A DNA stretch of 64,000 bases from the human T2T-CHM13v2.0 reference genome, Homo sapiens. The DNA lies in the NCBI RefSeq assembly GCF_009914755.1, contig NC_060932.1; one strand, 5' to 3'. Position numbers and translations under genes: made by a program. Within the stretch, counting starts at the first letter, position 1. Every line of letters begins with the position of its first letter. Below, piece after piece: positions 27,150 to 39,958 of the stretch. The notes below the pieces were generated by a model. It made no database searches, was not told the DNA's origin, and saw nothing but the letters and a program-made list of their open reading frames with translations.

Positions 27150-27850
27150 ATTTGTTCATTTAGTTTTTGTCATGATAGTCACAAAGTCGATGTAGAAACA
27201 AGAGAAAAAGGCAAACTTTCTACTTTTTCTAGAGCCTCATAGTCTGGTGGGGCAAAAGCCATGTAAAGGGTGGTTTATAACATGATTAGTTAAGTCTTAT
27301 AGTAGATTATGACATGAACAATGTTCTGTAAGCCCAGTAGAGGAGGAAGTGAACCATTTTTAAAGAACTGTTGTGCTGAGAAAGTCATATTTAAACTAGG
27401 TTTTGAACATTGTGCAGAAATCTGCAAGTGCACTGGAGATAAGTGTAACAATATTTGAAAAGGCCCAGAGTCGTCCAACAGAATGATCTCTTCTAGAAAT
27501 GGTGAGGTGAGAAGGAGATGGAAGGGGCAGGAATCTGGGTTGAGCCCTCATTACTATTTAGGATGAGATTGTGAAGATCACTGTAAACCATGGTCTTCAT
27601 GATTGGATTTCATCATGTCATAGCAAGAAAACAATGGGGACAATTAAGGAATATCACATAGTTGAAAATGATCAGTGATAGCATAGAGAATTGAATGAGA
27701 GAACTAGAAAGGAAATTTGGATACTATCCACATCCCACCTCTTTATTTTAAAGATATGTAATCAGAAAAAAAGTTCAATGACTGCCAACACTCATATAGT
27801 TCACTGGTAGCAGGATTGGGATTAAACATCATGGCTCAGAATTAATCAAG
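27150..27850 (-). mobile_element. L2 fragment followed by MIR fragment
   Basis: ctcatagtctggtggggcaaaagcc...ctgagaaagtcatatttaaactagg; cacctctttattttaaagat. Confidence 0.5.
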
Positions 27851-28394
27851 TTTTATCTCCATTTACTAGGTTCATCTCTGATATGAGACTTACCATTGGT
27901 AAAAAAAAAATCAAATTCAATACAGAATTGATGGTGGAAATACGGTGGTGAACAAGTCAGATATTTCTATTCTGTACATAGAAAGGGTAAAGTCCTTCTT
28001 TTAGAGAAATTAACACAGGTAATTGGTAATAAAGGTGAGACTAGAATCCAAGTCTCAAATTGTCAATAATGTTCTCTTTTTATTTCACAATGGGTTCTCT
28101 TGCTCTGACTAAAAACAAATGAGAATTCAGCACATATTGTGAATGTGACCATAAGAAAAAAGCCTCAGTCTAAGTTATAGCTTTGGAGAAGAGGTTTCTA
28201 ATTAGTAGATTGCATTATTGGTTAATGTGAAAGCTACTTAATGAAATATCTTTATTTAAATGTGAATTAAATTATCACTATAATAATGTATTATGATACC
28301 AAATGATAAATTGCTGATAATAAAATAAGGATATATTAACTACACATGCAGAGTATATTTTAAAAATTGATTAATAATATTTCTCACCACTTAC

Positions 28395-30020
28395 AGTTAT
28401 ACAGATATAGTTCACATATCATAAAATTCACTCTTTTCAAATCTGGTTTAATGGGTTTTAGTATATTTACAGAGTTATGTGACCATCACCACTATCTAAT
28501 GTTAGCACATTTTTATCACTCCAAATAGGAGCCCCACATCCATTAGCAGACATTCCCCATTCCCTTCTCCCCTTGGCCCTGGCAATGGCTAATCTACTTT
28601 CTATTTCTGTGGAATTGCCTCTCTTGGACATTTTACATTATTTGAATTATACTATATGTGATTGACTTCTTTTGTTTAGCATAGTGTTCTCAAGATTTTT
28701 CCATATAGCACTGTCATGTATTAGTTCATTCCTTTTTATTGCTAAAATAATATACCACTGCATGGGATACCACCTAAGCATCAGTGGATTGACATATAGG
28801 CTGTTTCACTTTTTGGCTATTATGAATAACACTGCTGTGAACATTTATGTACAGGTTTTGGGTGGCCATGTTCTTTCAGTTTCCTTCAGTTTATGTCTAG
28901 GAGTGTAACTGCTGGGTTATGCAGTAATTCTATATTAAACATTTTAAGAAACTGCCAAACTATTTTCCAAAGTGGCTATACAATTTTTCAACCTACAAGA
29001 AATGTACGAGTGCTCCAATTTTTCTGCATCCTAGCCAACACTAATTATCATCTGTCTTTTTTATTGTAGCCATCCTAGTGGGTATAAAATGGTAATCACA
29101 TCATGGTTTTGATTTGTATTTCCCTAATGACTAATCATGTTGAGCATCTTTTCATGTGCTTATTAGCCATTTGCATGTCTTCCTTGGAGAAATGCCTATT
29201 CAAATACTTTGCCCATTTTTAAATTGGGTTGTCTTTTTATTGATGAGCTGCTAAGAGCTTTTTTTATGTATAGTATGAATCCAAGTCTGTTATCAGAGAT
29301 ATGAGTTGCAAAAATGTTCTCCCAATCTATAGATTGTCCTTTTACTTTCTTAATTGCACAAACTTTAAAAGTTGTGAGGTACAATTTATCTATTATTTTC
29401 TTTTGTGGTCTGTGCTTTTGGTGCTATATGTAAGAATCCATTCCCTAACTCATGTTCACAAATATTTACTCTTACTTTTTCTTCTAACAGTTGTATAGTT
29501 TTAGATCTTACATTAAAGTCTATGCTGTATTTTGAATTGATTTTTTGTTTATAGTATGAGGTAGAAGTTAAAATTTATTCTTTTGCATGTGAATATTCAG
29601 TTTTCCCGGCACCATTTACTGAGAAACTATTATTACCCCCATTAAATTGTACTGGTACCTCTGTGGAAAATCAGTTGACATAAATATACAGTTTATTTCT
29701 GGACACTGAATTCTGTTTCATTGTCCTATATTTCAAGTCTCATTGCAGTCCCAAATAATCTTGATTACTGTGGTAGTAAGTTTTTAAATTGGAAAGTGTT
29801 AATTATCAAGATTTGTTTTCCTTTTTTGTTTTTGCTATTCTGAGACCCTTGAAATTCCATATGAAATTTAAGACCAGCTTGTCCATTTCTGGAAAGCAGC
29901 CATCCTTTGATAATGATAAAGATGCAGATTTTAATAAAGATTGTATTAAATCTGTAGATCATTTTGGAGAGTATTGCTATCTTAATATTAAGTTTTCGGA
30001 TCCATCAATATTGCATGTCT
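28395..30020 (-). mobile_element. L1MA/L1MB 3' part (continues 38604-~39095)
   Basis: gttcacatatcataaaattcactc...; minus ORFs resemble ORF2 (DWENIFATHISD; MIYRFNTI). The sequence resumes after 38604. Confidence 0.85.
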
Positions 30021-31389
30021 TTTTTTTTTAATACCTTAAGTTTTGGGATATATGTGCAGAATGTGCAGGTTTGTTACATAGATATACATGTGTCATGGTG
30101 GTTTGCTGCACCCATCAACCCATCATCTATATTAGGTATTTCTCCTAATGTTATTCCTCCCCTCGACCCCCACTACCAACAGGCCCTGGTGTGTGATGTT
30201 CCCCTCCCTGTGTCCATGTGTTCTCATTGTTCAACTCCCATTTATGAGTGAGAACATGTGGTGTTTGGTTTTCGGTTCTTGTGTTAGCTTGATGAGAATG
30301 ATGGTTTCCAGCTTCATCCATGTCCCTGAAAAGGACATGAACTCATCCTTTTTATGGCTGCATAGTATCCCATGGTGTATATGTGCCACATTTTCTTTAT
30401 CCAGTCTATCATTGATGGGCATTTGGGTTGGTTCCAACTCTTTGCTATTGTGAATAGTGCTGCAATAAACGTATGTGTACATGTGTCTTTATAGTAGAAT
30501 AATTTATAATCCTTTGGGTATATCCCCAGTAAGGGAATTGCTGGGTCAAATGGTATTTCTGGTTCTGATCCTTGAGGAATTACCACACTGTTTTCCATAA
30601 TGGTTGAACTAATTTACACTCCCACCAACAGTGTAAAAGCATTCCTATTTCTCCACATCCTCTCCAGCATCTGTTGCTTCCTGACTTTTTAATGATCACT
30701 ATTCTAACAGGTGTGAGATGGTATCTCATTGTGGTTTTGATTTGCATTTCTCTAATGACCAGTGATGATGGATGAGCTTGTTTTCATGTTTGTTTTCCAC
30801 ATAAATGTCTTATTTTGAGAAGTGTCTGTTTATATGCTTCACACACTTTTTGATGGTGTTGTTTGTTTTTGTCTTGTAAATTTGTTTAAGTTCCTTGTAG
30901 AGTCTGGATATTAGCCCTTTGTCAGATGGATAGATTGCAAACATTTTCTCTCATTCTGTAAGTTGCACATTCATTCTGATGATAGTTTCTCTTGCTGTGC
31001 AGAAGCTCTTTAATTTAATTAGATCCCATTTGTCAATTCTGGCTTTTGTTGCCATTGCTTTTGGTGTTTTAGTCATGAAGATTTTACTGAAGCTTATGTT
31101 GTGAATGGTACTGCCTAGGTTTTCTTCTAGGGCTTTTATGGTTTTAGGTTGTACATTCAAGTCTTCTTTTTTTTTACTTTTTTAAAATTATGCTTTAATT
31201 CTAGGGTACATGCGCACAACATGCAGGTTTGTTACGTATGTATACATGTGCCATATTGGTGTGCTGCACCCGTTAACTCGTCATTTACATTAGGTATGTT
31301 GCCTAATGCTATCCGTTCACCCTCCCCCCATCCCACGATAGGCCCCGGTGTATGATGTTCCCCACCCCGTGTCCAAGTGTTCTCATTGT

Positions 31390-34300
31390 TCAATTCCCAC
31401 CTATAAGTGAGACATGCAGTGTTTGGTTTTCTGTGCTTGCAATAGTTTGCTGAGAATGATGGTTTCCAGTTTCATCCATGTCTCTACAAAGGACATGAAC
31501 TCATCCTTTTGTATGGCTGCAATAGTATTCTATGGTGTATATGTGCCACATTTTCTTAATCCAGTTTATCATTGATGGACATTTGGGATGGTTCCAAGTT
31601 TTTGCTATTGTGAATAGTGCTGCAATAAACATACGTGTGCATGTGACTTTATAGCAGCATGATTTATAATCCTTTGGGTATATACCTAGTAATGGGATGG
31701 CAGGGTCAAATGGTATTTCTATTTCTAGATCCTTGAGGAATTGCCACACTGTCTTTCACAATGGTTGAACTTGGTTACAGTCCCACCAACAGTGTAAAAG
31801 TGTTCCTATTTCTCCACATCCTCTCCAGTATCTGTTTTTTCCTGACATTTTAAGGATCGCCATTCTAACTGGTGTGAGATGGTATCTCATTGTGGTTTTG
31901 ATTTGCATTTCTCTGATGGCCAGTGATGATGAGCATTTTTTCATGTGTTTTTTGGCTGCGTAAATGTCTTCTTTTGAGAAGTATCTGTTCATATCCTTCA
32001 CCCAATTTTTGACGGGGTTGTTTGATTTTTTCTTGTAAATTTGTTTAAGTTCTTTTTGGATTCTGGATCTTAGACCTTTGTCAGATGGGTAGATTGTAAA
32101 AATTTTCTCCCATTCTGTAGGTTGCCTGTTCACTCTGATGGTAGTTTCTTTTGCTGTGCAGAAGCTCCTTAGTTTAATTAGATCCCATTTGTCAATTTTG
32201 GCTTTTGTTGTCATTGCTTTTGGTGTTTTAGTCATGAAGTTTTTGCCCGTGCCTATGTCCTGAATGGTAATGTCTAGGTTTTCTTCTAGGGTTTTTATGG
32301 TTTTAGGTCTAATGTTTAAGTCTTTAATCCATCTTGAATTGATTTTTGTATAATGTGTAAGGAAGGGATCCAGTTTCAGCTTTCTACATATGGCTAGCCA
32401 GTTTGCCCAGCACCATTTATTAAATAGGGAATCCTTTCCGCATTTCTTGTTTTTATCAGGTTTGTCAAAGATCAGATGGTTGTAGATATGTGGTATTATT
32501 TCTGAGGGCTCTGTTCTGTTCCATTGGTCTATATCTCTGTTTTGGTACCATGCTACTTTGGTTACTGTAGCCTTGTAGTATGGTTTGAAGTCAGGTAGTG
32601 TGATGTCTCCAGCTTTGTTCTTTTGGCTTCAGATTATCTTGGCAATGCGGGCTCTTTTTTGGTTCCACATGAACTTTAAAGTAGTTTTTTTCCAATTCTG
32701 TGAAGAAAGTCACTGGCAGCTTGATGGGGATGGCACTGAATCTATAAATTACCTTGGGCAGTATGGCCATTTTCATGATATTGATTCTTCCTTTCCATGA
32801 GCATGGTATGTTCTTCCATTTGTTTGTGTCCTTTCTTATTTCCTTGAGCAGTGGTTTGTAGTTCTCCCTGAAGAGGTACTTCACATCTCTTGTAAGTTGG
32901 ATTCCTAGGTATTTTATTCTCTTTGAAGCAATTGTGAATGGGAGTTCACTCATGATTTGGCTCTCTGTTTGTCTGTTATTGGTGTATAGGAATGGTTATG
33001 ATTTTTGCACATTGATTTTCTATCCTGAGACTTTGCTGAAGTTGCTTATCAGCTTAAGGAGATTTTAGGCTGAGATGACGGGGTTTTCTGAAGATACAAT
33101 CATGTCATCTGCAAACAGGGACAATTTGACTTCCTCTTTTCCTAATCAAATACCTTTTGTTTTTTTCTCCCACCTGATTGCCCTGGGCAGAACTTCCAAC
33201 ACTATGTTGAATAGGAGTGGTGAGAGAGGGCATCCCTGTCTTGTGCCAGTTTTCAAAGGGAATGCTTCCAGTTTTTGCCCATTCAGTATGATATTGGCTG
33301 TGGGTGTGTCATAAATAGCTCTTATTATTTTGAGATATGTCCCATCAATACCTAGTTTATTGAGAGTTTTTAGCATGAAGAGGTGTTGAATTTTGTCAAA
33401 GGCCTTTTCTGCATCTATTGAGATAATCATGCGGTTTTTGTCTTTGGTTCTGTTTATATGCTGGATTACATTTATTGATTTGCATATATTGAACCAGCCT
33501 TGCATCCCAGGGATGAAACGAACTTGATTGTGGTGGATAAGCTTTTTGATGTTTTGCTGGATTCCGTTTGCCAGTATTTTATTGAGGATTTTTGCATCGA
33601 TGTTCATCAGGGATATTGGTCTAAAATTCTCTTTTTTTGTTGTGTCTCTGCCAGGCATTGGTATCAGGAAGATGCTGGCATCAGAAAATGAGTTAGGGAG
33701 GATTCCCTCTTTTTCTATTGATTGGAATAATTTCAGAAGGAATAGTACCAGCTCCTCCTTGTACCTGTAGTAGAATTCGGCTGTGAGTCCGTCTGGTCCT
33801 GGATTTTTTTGGTTGGTAGGGTATTAATTATTGCCTCAATTTCAGAGCCTGTTATTGGTGCATTCAGGGATTCAATTTCTTCCTGGTTTAGTCTTTGGAG
33901 GGTGTATGTGTTCAGGAATTTATCCATTTCTTCTAGATTTTCCAGTTAATTTTTGTAGAGGTGATTATAGTATTCTCTGATGGTAGTTTGTATTTCTGTG
34001 GGATTGGTGGTGATAGTCCCTTTATCATTTTTCATTGCATCTATTTGATTCTTTTCTCTTTTCATGTTTATTAGTCTTGTCAGCAGTCTATCAATTTTAT
34101 TGATGCTTTCAAAAAACCAGTACCTGCATTCATGGATTTTTTGAAGGGTTTTTTGTGTCTCTATCTCCTTCAGTTCTGTTCTGATCTTAGTTATTTCTTG
34201 CCTTCTGCTAGCTTTTGAATGTGTTTGCTCTTGCTTCTCTAGTTCTTTTAATTATGATGTTAGGGTGTCAATTTTAGATCTTTCCTGCTTTCTCTTATGG

Positions 34301-35211
34301 GCATTTAGTGCTATAAATTTCCCTCTACACACTGCTTTAAATGTTTCCGAGAGATTCTGGTATGTTGTGTCTTTTTTCTCATTGGTTTCAAAGAATATCT
34401 TTATTTCTGCCTTCATTTGGTTGTGTAACCAATAGTCATTTAGGGGCAGGTTGTTCAGTTTCCATGTAATTGAGTGGTTTTGAGTGAGTTTCTTAATCCT
34501 GAGTTCTAGTTTGATTGCACTGTGGTCTGAGAGACAGTTTGTTATTATTTCTGTTCTTTTGCACTTGCTGAGGAGTGCTTTACTTCCAACTATGTGGTCA
34601 ATTTTGGAATAAGTGAGATGTGGTGCTGAGAAGAATGTACATTCTGTTGATTTGGGGTGGAGAGTTCTGTAGATGTCTATTAGGTTGGCTTGGTGCAGAG
34701 CTGAGTTCAATTCCTGGATATCCTTGTTAACTTTCTGTCTTGTTGATCTGTCTAATATTGACAGTGGGTTGTTAAAGTCTCCCATTATTATTGTGTGAAA
34801 ATCTAAGTCTCTTTGTAACTCTCTAAGGACTTTCTTTATGGATATGAGTGCTCCTGTATTGGGTGCATATATATTTAGGATAGTTAGGTCTTCTTGTTGA
34901 ATTGATCCCTTTACCATTATGTAATGGCCTTCTTTGTCTCTTTTGATCTTTGTTGGTTTAAAGTCTGTTTTATCAGAGACTAGGATTGCAACCCCTGCTT
35001 TTTTTTGTTTTCCATTTGCTTGGTAGATCTTCCTCCATCCCTTTATTTTGAGCCTATGTGTGTCTCTGCACATGAGATGGGTCTCCTGAATACAGCACAC
35101 TGATGGGTCTTGACTCTTTATCCAATTTGCCAGTCTGTGTCTTTTAATTAGAGCATTTAGCCCATTTACATTTAAGGTTAATATTGTTATGTGTGAATTT
35201 GATCCTGTCAT
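31390..35211 (-). pseudogene. L1 ORF2p, disrupted; endonuclease domain open for 319 aa (34252-35211)
   Basis: [38 protein letters not shown]; the RT ([10 protein letters not shown]) and C-terminal (HCWWDC) fragments are separated by stops and frameshifts. Confidence 0.95.
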
Positions 35212-35274
35212 TATGATATTAGCTGCTTATTTTGCCCATTAGTTGATGCAGTTTCTTCCTAGCATCGATGGTCT

Positions 35275-36291
35275 TTACAATTTGGCATGTTTTTGCAATG
35301 CCTGGTACTGGTTGTTCCTTTCCGTATTTAGTGCTTCCTTCAGGAGCTCTTGTAAGGCAGGCCTGGTGGGGAGAAAATCTCTCCACATTTTCTTGTCTGT
35401 AAAGGATTTTATTTCTCCTTCACTTATAAGGCTTAGTTTGGCTGGATATGAAATTCTGGGTTGAAAATTCTTTTCTTTAAGAACGTTGAATATTGGCCCC
35501 CACTCTCTTCTGGCTTGTAGAGTTTCTGCCAAGAGATCTGCTGTTAGTCTGATGGGCTTCCCTTTGTGGGTAACCTGACCTTTCTCTCTGGCTGCCCTTA
35601 ACATTTTTTCCTTCATTTCAACTTTGGTGAATCTGACAATTATGTGTCTTGGAGTTGCTCTTCTCAAGGAGTATCTTTTTGGTGTTCTCTGTATTTCCTG
35701 AATTTGAGTGTTGGCCTGCCTTGCTAGGTTGGGGAAATTCTCCTGGATAATACCCTGAAGAGTGTTTCCCAACTTGGTTCCTTTCTCCCTATCACTTTCA
35801 GGTACACCAATCAGACATAGATTTGGTCTTTTCACATAGTCCCATATTTCTTGGGGGCTTTGTTCATTTCTTTTTACTCTAAACTTCTCTTGTTGCTTCA
35901 TTTCATTCATTTGATCTTCAATCACTGATACCCTTTCTTCCACTTGATCAAATCATCTACCAAAGTTTGCTCATGCATCATGTAGTTCTCATGCCATGGC
36001 TTTCAGCTCCGTCAGGTCATTTAAGGTCTTCTCTATGCTGTTTGTTCTAGTTAGCCATTCGTCTAATCTTTTTTCAACGTTTTTAGCTTCTTTGTGATGG
36101 GTTCAAATGTCCTCCTTTAGCTTGGAGGAGTTTATTATTACCCATTGTCTGAAGCCTTCTTCTCTCAACTCGTCAAAGTCATTCCCCACCCAGCTTTGTT
36201 CCATTGCTGGCAAGGAGCTGTGTCCCTTTGGAGGAGAAGAGGCGCTCTGATTTTTAGAATTTTCAGCTTTTCTGCTCTGGTTTTCCCCCAT
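35275..36291 (-). pseudogene. L1 ORF1p, disrupted
   Basis: MGENQSRKAENSK... ends at a premature stop at 36103; the C-terminal 222 aa are open (EIWDYVKRPNL, YPAKLS). Confidence 0.93.
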
Positions 36292-36864
36292 CTTTGTGGT
36301 TTTATCTACCTTTGGTCTTTGATGATGGTGATGTACAGATAGGGCTTTGGTGTGGATGTCCTTTCTGTTTGTTAGTTTTCCTTCTAACAGTCAGGACACT
36401 CAGCTGCAGGTCTGTTGGAGTTTGCTGGAGGTCCGCTCCAGACCTGTTTGCCTGGGTATCACCAGCGGAGGCTGCAGAACAGCAAATATTGCAGAATGGC
36501 AAATGTTGCTGCCTGATCCTTCCTCTGGAAGCTTTGTCCCAGAGGGGCATCTGGCTGTATGAGGTGTCATTCAGCCCCTACTGGGAAGTGCCTCCCAATT
36601 AGGCTACTCAGGGGTCAGGGACCCACTTGAGGAAGCAGTCTGTCCATTCTCAGATCTCAAACTCCATGCTGGGAGAATACTACTCTCTTCAAAGCTGTCA
36701 GATAGGGACGTTTAAGTCTGCAGAAGTTTCTGCTGCCTTTTGTTCTGCTATGCCCTACCCCCAGAGGTGGAGTTTACAGAGGCAGGCAGGCCTCCTTGAG
36801 CTGCGGTGGGCTCCATCCAGTTTGAGCTTCCTGGCCACTTTGTTTACCTACTCAAGCCTCAGCA

Positions 36865-37191
36865 ATGGTGGACACCCCTACCCCAGCCTCACTGCTGCCT
36901 TGCAGTTCAATCTCAGAGTGCTGTGCTAGCAGTGATCGGGGCTCCATGGGAGTAGGACTCCCCGAGACAGGTATGGGTTACAATCTCCTGGTGTGCCATT
37001 TGCTACGACCATTGGAAAAGCACAGTATTAGGGTGGGAGTGTCTCAATTTTCCAGGTACCGTCTGTCACAGATTCCCTTGGCTAGGAAAGGGAATTCCCT
37101 GACTCCTTGCACTTCCCAGGTAAAGCAATGCCCTGCCCTGCTTCAGCTCATGCCTTGTGGGCTGCACCCACTGTTCAACAAGCCCCAGTGA
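36865..37191 (+). CDS. L1 antisense ORF0 homologue, open for 108 codons (expression unknown)
   Basis: MVDTPTPASLLPCSSISECCASSDRGSMGVGLPETGMGYNLLV..EKHSIRVGVSQFSR aligns with primate ORF0 (MAGAPPPASLPPCSLISDCCAS...); Kozak gcaATGG. Confidence 0.6.
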   Translation: MVDTPTPASLLPCSSISECCASSDRGSMGVGLPETGMGYNLLVCHLLRPLEKHSIRVGVSQFSRYRLSQIPLARKGNSLTPCTSQVKQCPALLQLMPCGLHPLFNKPQ

Positions 37192-37301
37192 GATGAACCT
37201 GGTACCTCAGTTGGAAAGGCAGAAATCACCTGTCTTCTGTGTCACTTACACTGGGAGCTGTGGACTGGAGCTGTTTCTATTCAGCCATCTTGGCAAAGTC
37301 A

Positions 37302-37436
<135 letters not shown>

Positions 37437-39232
37437 TCAGGTTTGTCAAAGATCAGATGGTTGTAGATGTGTGACATTATTTCTGAGGCCTCTGTTCTGT
37501 CCCATTGGTCTATATATCTGTGTTGGTACCAATATCATGCTGTTTTGGTTACTGTAGACTTGTAGTATAGTTTGAAGTCAGGTAGCGTGATGCCTCCAAC
37601 TTTGTTCTTTTTGCTTAGGATTGTCTTTGCTGTGCAGTCTCTATTTTGATTCTATATGAAATTTAAAGTAGTTTTTTCTAATTCTGTGAAGAAAGTCAGT
37701 TTTAGCTTGATGGGGATAGCATTGAATCTATAAATTACTTTGGGCAGTATGGTCATTTTCATGATATTGATTCTTCCTATCCATGAGCATGGAATGTTTT
37801 TCCATTTGTTTGTATCCTTTCCTATTACTTGAACAGTAGTTTGTAGTTTTTCAAGAGGTCCTTCACTTCCCATGTAAGTTGTATTCTTAGGTATTTTATT
37901 CTCTTTGTAGCAATTGTGAATGGGAGTTTACTCATTATTTGGCTCTCTCTATGTGTATTGTTGGTGTATAGGAATGCTTGTGATTTTTGCACATCGATTT
38001 TGTATCCTGAGACTTTGCTGAAGTTGCTTATCAGCTTAAGGAGATTTTGGACTTTGAGGATGGGATTTTTGAAATATACAGTCATGTCATCTGCAAACAG
38101 AGATAATTTGACTTTCTCTTTTCCTAATTGAATATCCCTTAATTCCTTCTCTTGCCTGATTGCCTTGGCCAGAACTTCCAATACTATGTTAAATTGGAGT
38201 GGTGAGAGGGAGCATCCTTGTCTTGTGCTGGTTTTCAAAGGGAATGCTTCCAGCTTTTGCCCATTCACTATGATATTGGCTGTGGGTGTGTCATAAATAT
38301 CTTATTATTTTGAGATACATCCCATCAATACCTAGTTTATTGAGAGTTTTCAGCATGAAGGGGTGTTAAGTTTTATCAAAGGCTAGGGGAGGGAGTTCCC
38401 CACCCCTTTGTGCTTCCTGGGTGAGACATTGCCTCACCCTGCTTTGAGTTACCCTCAGTGGGCTGCATCCACTGTCTAACCAGTCCCAATGAGATGAGCC
38501 AGGTACCTCAGTTGGAAATGGAGAAATCACCCACCTTCTGCATTCATCTTACTGGGAGCTGCAGACCGGGGCTGTTCTTATTTGGCCATCTTGCAAGTTA
38601 TGCCAACATTGGATATCTTTCAATTTATTTGGATCTTTAATTTTTTTTAACCATGCTTTGCAATTACAGTGTACAAGTCTTTACTTTATTGGTTAAATTT
38701 ATTCCTAAGTATTTTATTGTTTTTGTGCTATTGTATCTTAGACAACTAGAAACCAATAATTAAAAGAGCTCATGATTATCATCATAAAATAGATTAATGA
38801 ATTATTTCATTAATATATTTACAGATTGTTTATTGCTTGTGCATAGAAATATAATTTATTTCTATGTGTTGATCTTGCAAACTTGCTGAATTTGTTTAGT
38901 AGTTTTTAGAAGTTTTCTTTTTCATAGATTCCTTAGTATTATCCATATATTTGATTAGGCTATCTGTGACTAGAGATTATTTTACCTCCTCCTTTCCAGT
39001 CTTTATGCATTTTATTTCTTTATTCTATCTAATTGTTCTTGCTATCACCTCTAGCACAGTGTTGAATGGAAGTGATGAGAGTGGACTTCTTCACCCTATA
39101 TTTAAATTATAATAAAGAAATACAGAATATTTATTTACTTGCTCCGTAGTTTATAAAGATATTTACAATTAATCTTAAGGCACTTAAGCTTCTATTTTTT
39201 GATGGTGATAATCATAAACTCTTTTAATTCTT

Positions 39233-39312
39233 AGTTTCTAGTTGTCTAAGATTCATACTCTTCAGGTTCCTAAGTTTCTAGTTGTCTAAGATTCATACTC
39301 TTCAGGTTCCTA
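39233..39312. repeat. Perfect 40-bp tandem duplication
   Basis: agtttctagttgtctaagattcatactcttcaggttccta occurs twice in tandem. Confidence 0.97.
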
Positions 39313-39769
39313 ACAGTGGTTTTCAATAGTTTGTTTATCCTAATGCTGTAATATATGAAATATCTGTACTCTGAAGCAGATGCACATAGTCTATATCTCA
39401 CCCCCTTTATTCATTCATTCAATGCTTTATTAACAGTCCCTGTATGCCAGGCTCTGTAGATACTATAGATGCAGAGGTAAACAAGACAAATATACTGACT
39501 GCTCTCATAGTAATCACTGTTTATTATGTGTATTCTTATACTGTGTTTAGGAAGCACAACATACCATATTAGTGTAAGTAGTTATCCAATTGTGTGTGTA
39601 TATGTCTGTGTGTGTGTATGTGTGTATGTGTAATTGTGGTCTGTATATTTACATTTTTATGGTGATATATTTCTAAGTAACTTATGTTGACAAATTACAA
39701 TGACAAAAGTCATTTTCTTTGAATATAAAGCTAATGTATACAGACTACTCCCACGGTTTTTAGTCCCTA

Positions 39770-39958
39770 ACACAATTGTTCTGAAACTTTGGCATGAATC
39801 AGAATCACCTTGAGAGCTTGGTAAAACACAGATTGCCAGATTCCACCATTGGGGGTTCTAATTCAGTACCTCTAAGCTGGAGCTGAGAATTTTGCATTTC
39901 TAACATGTTTCGGATGATGCTGATGTTGCTGAATCGGAAATATACCTTGAGAAACAGG
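39770..39958. mobile_element. MER5A (hAT-Charlie) fragment
   Basis: atcagaatcaccttgagagcttggtaaaacacagattgcc...tgcatttctaacatgttt..gatgatgctgatgttgctg. Confidence 0.8.

Larger units (their letters stand above)
31166..37298 (-). mobile_element. Full-length L1PA5/6-like LINE-1 (~6.1 kb), inactivated
   Basis: 5'UTR (CAAGATGGC YY1-type start), ORF1, ORF2, 3'UTR and poly(A); TSD tcaagtctt at 31157-31165 and 37299-37307. Confidence 0.95.
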
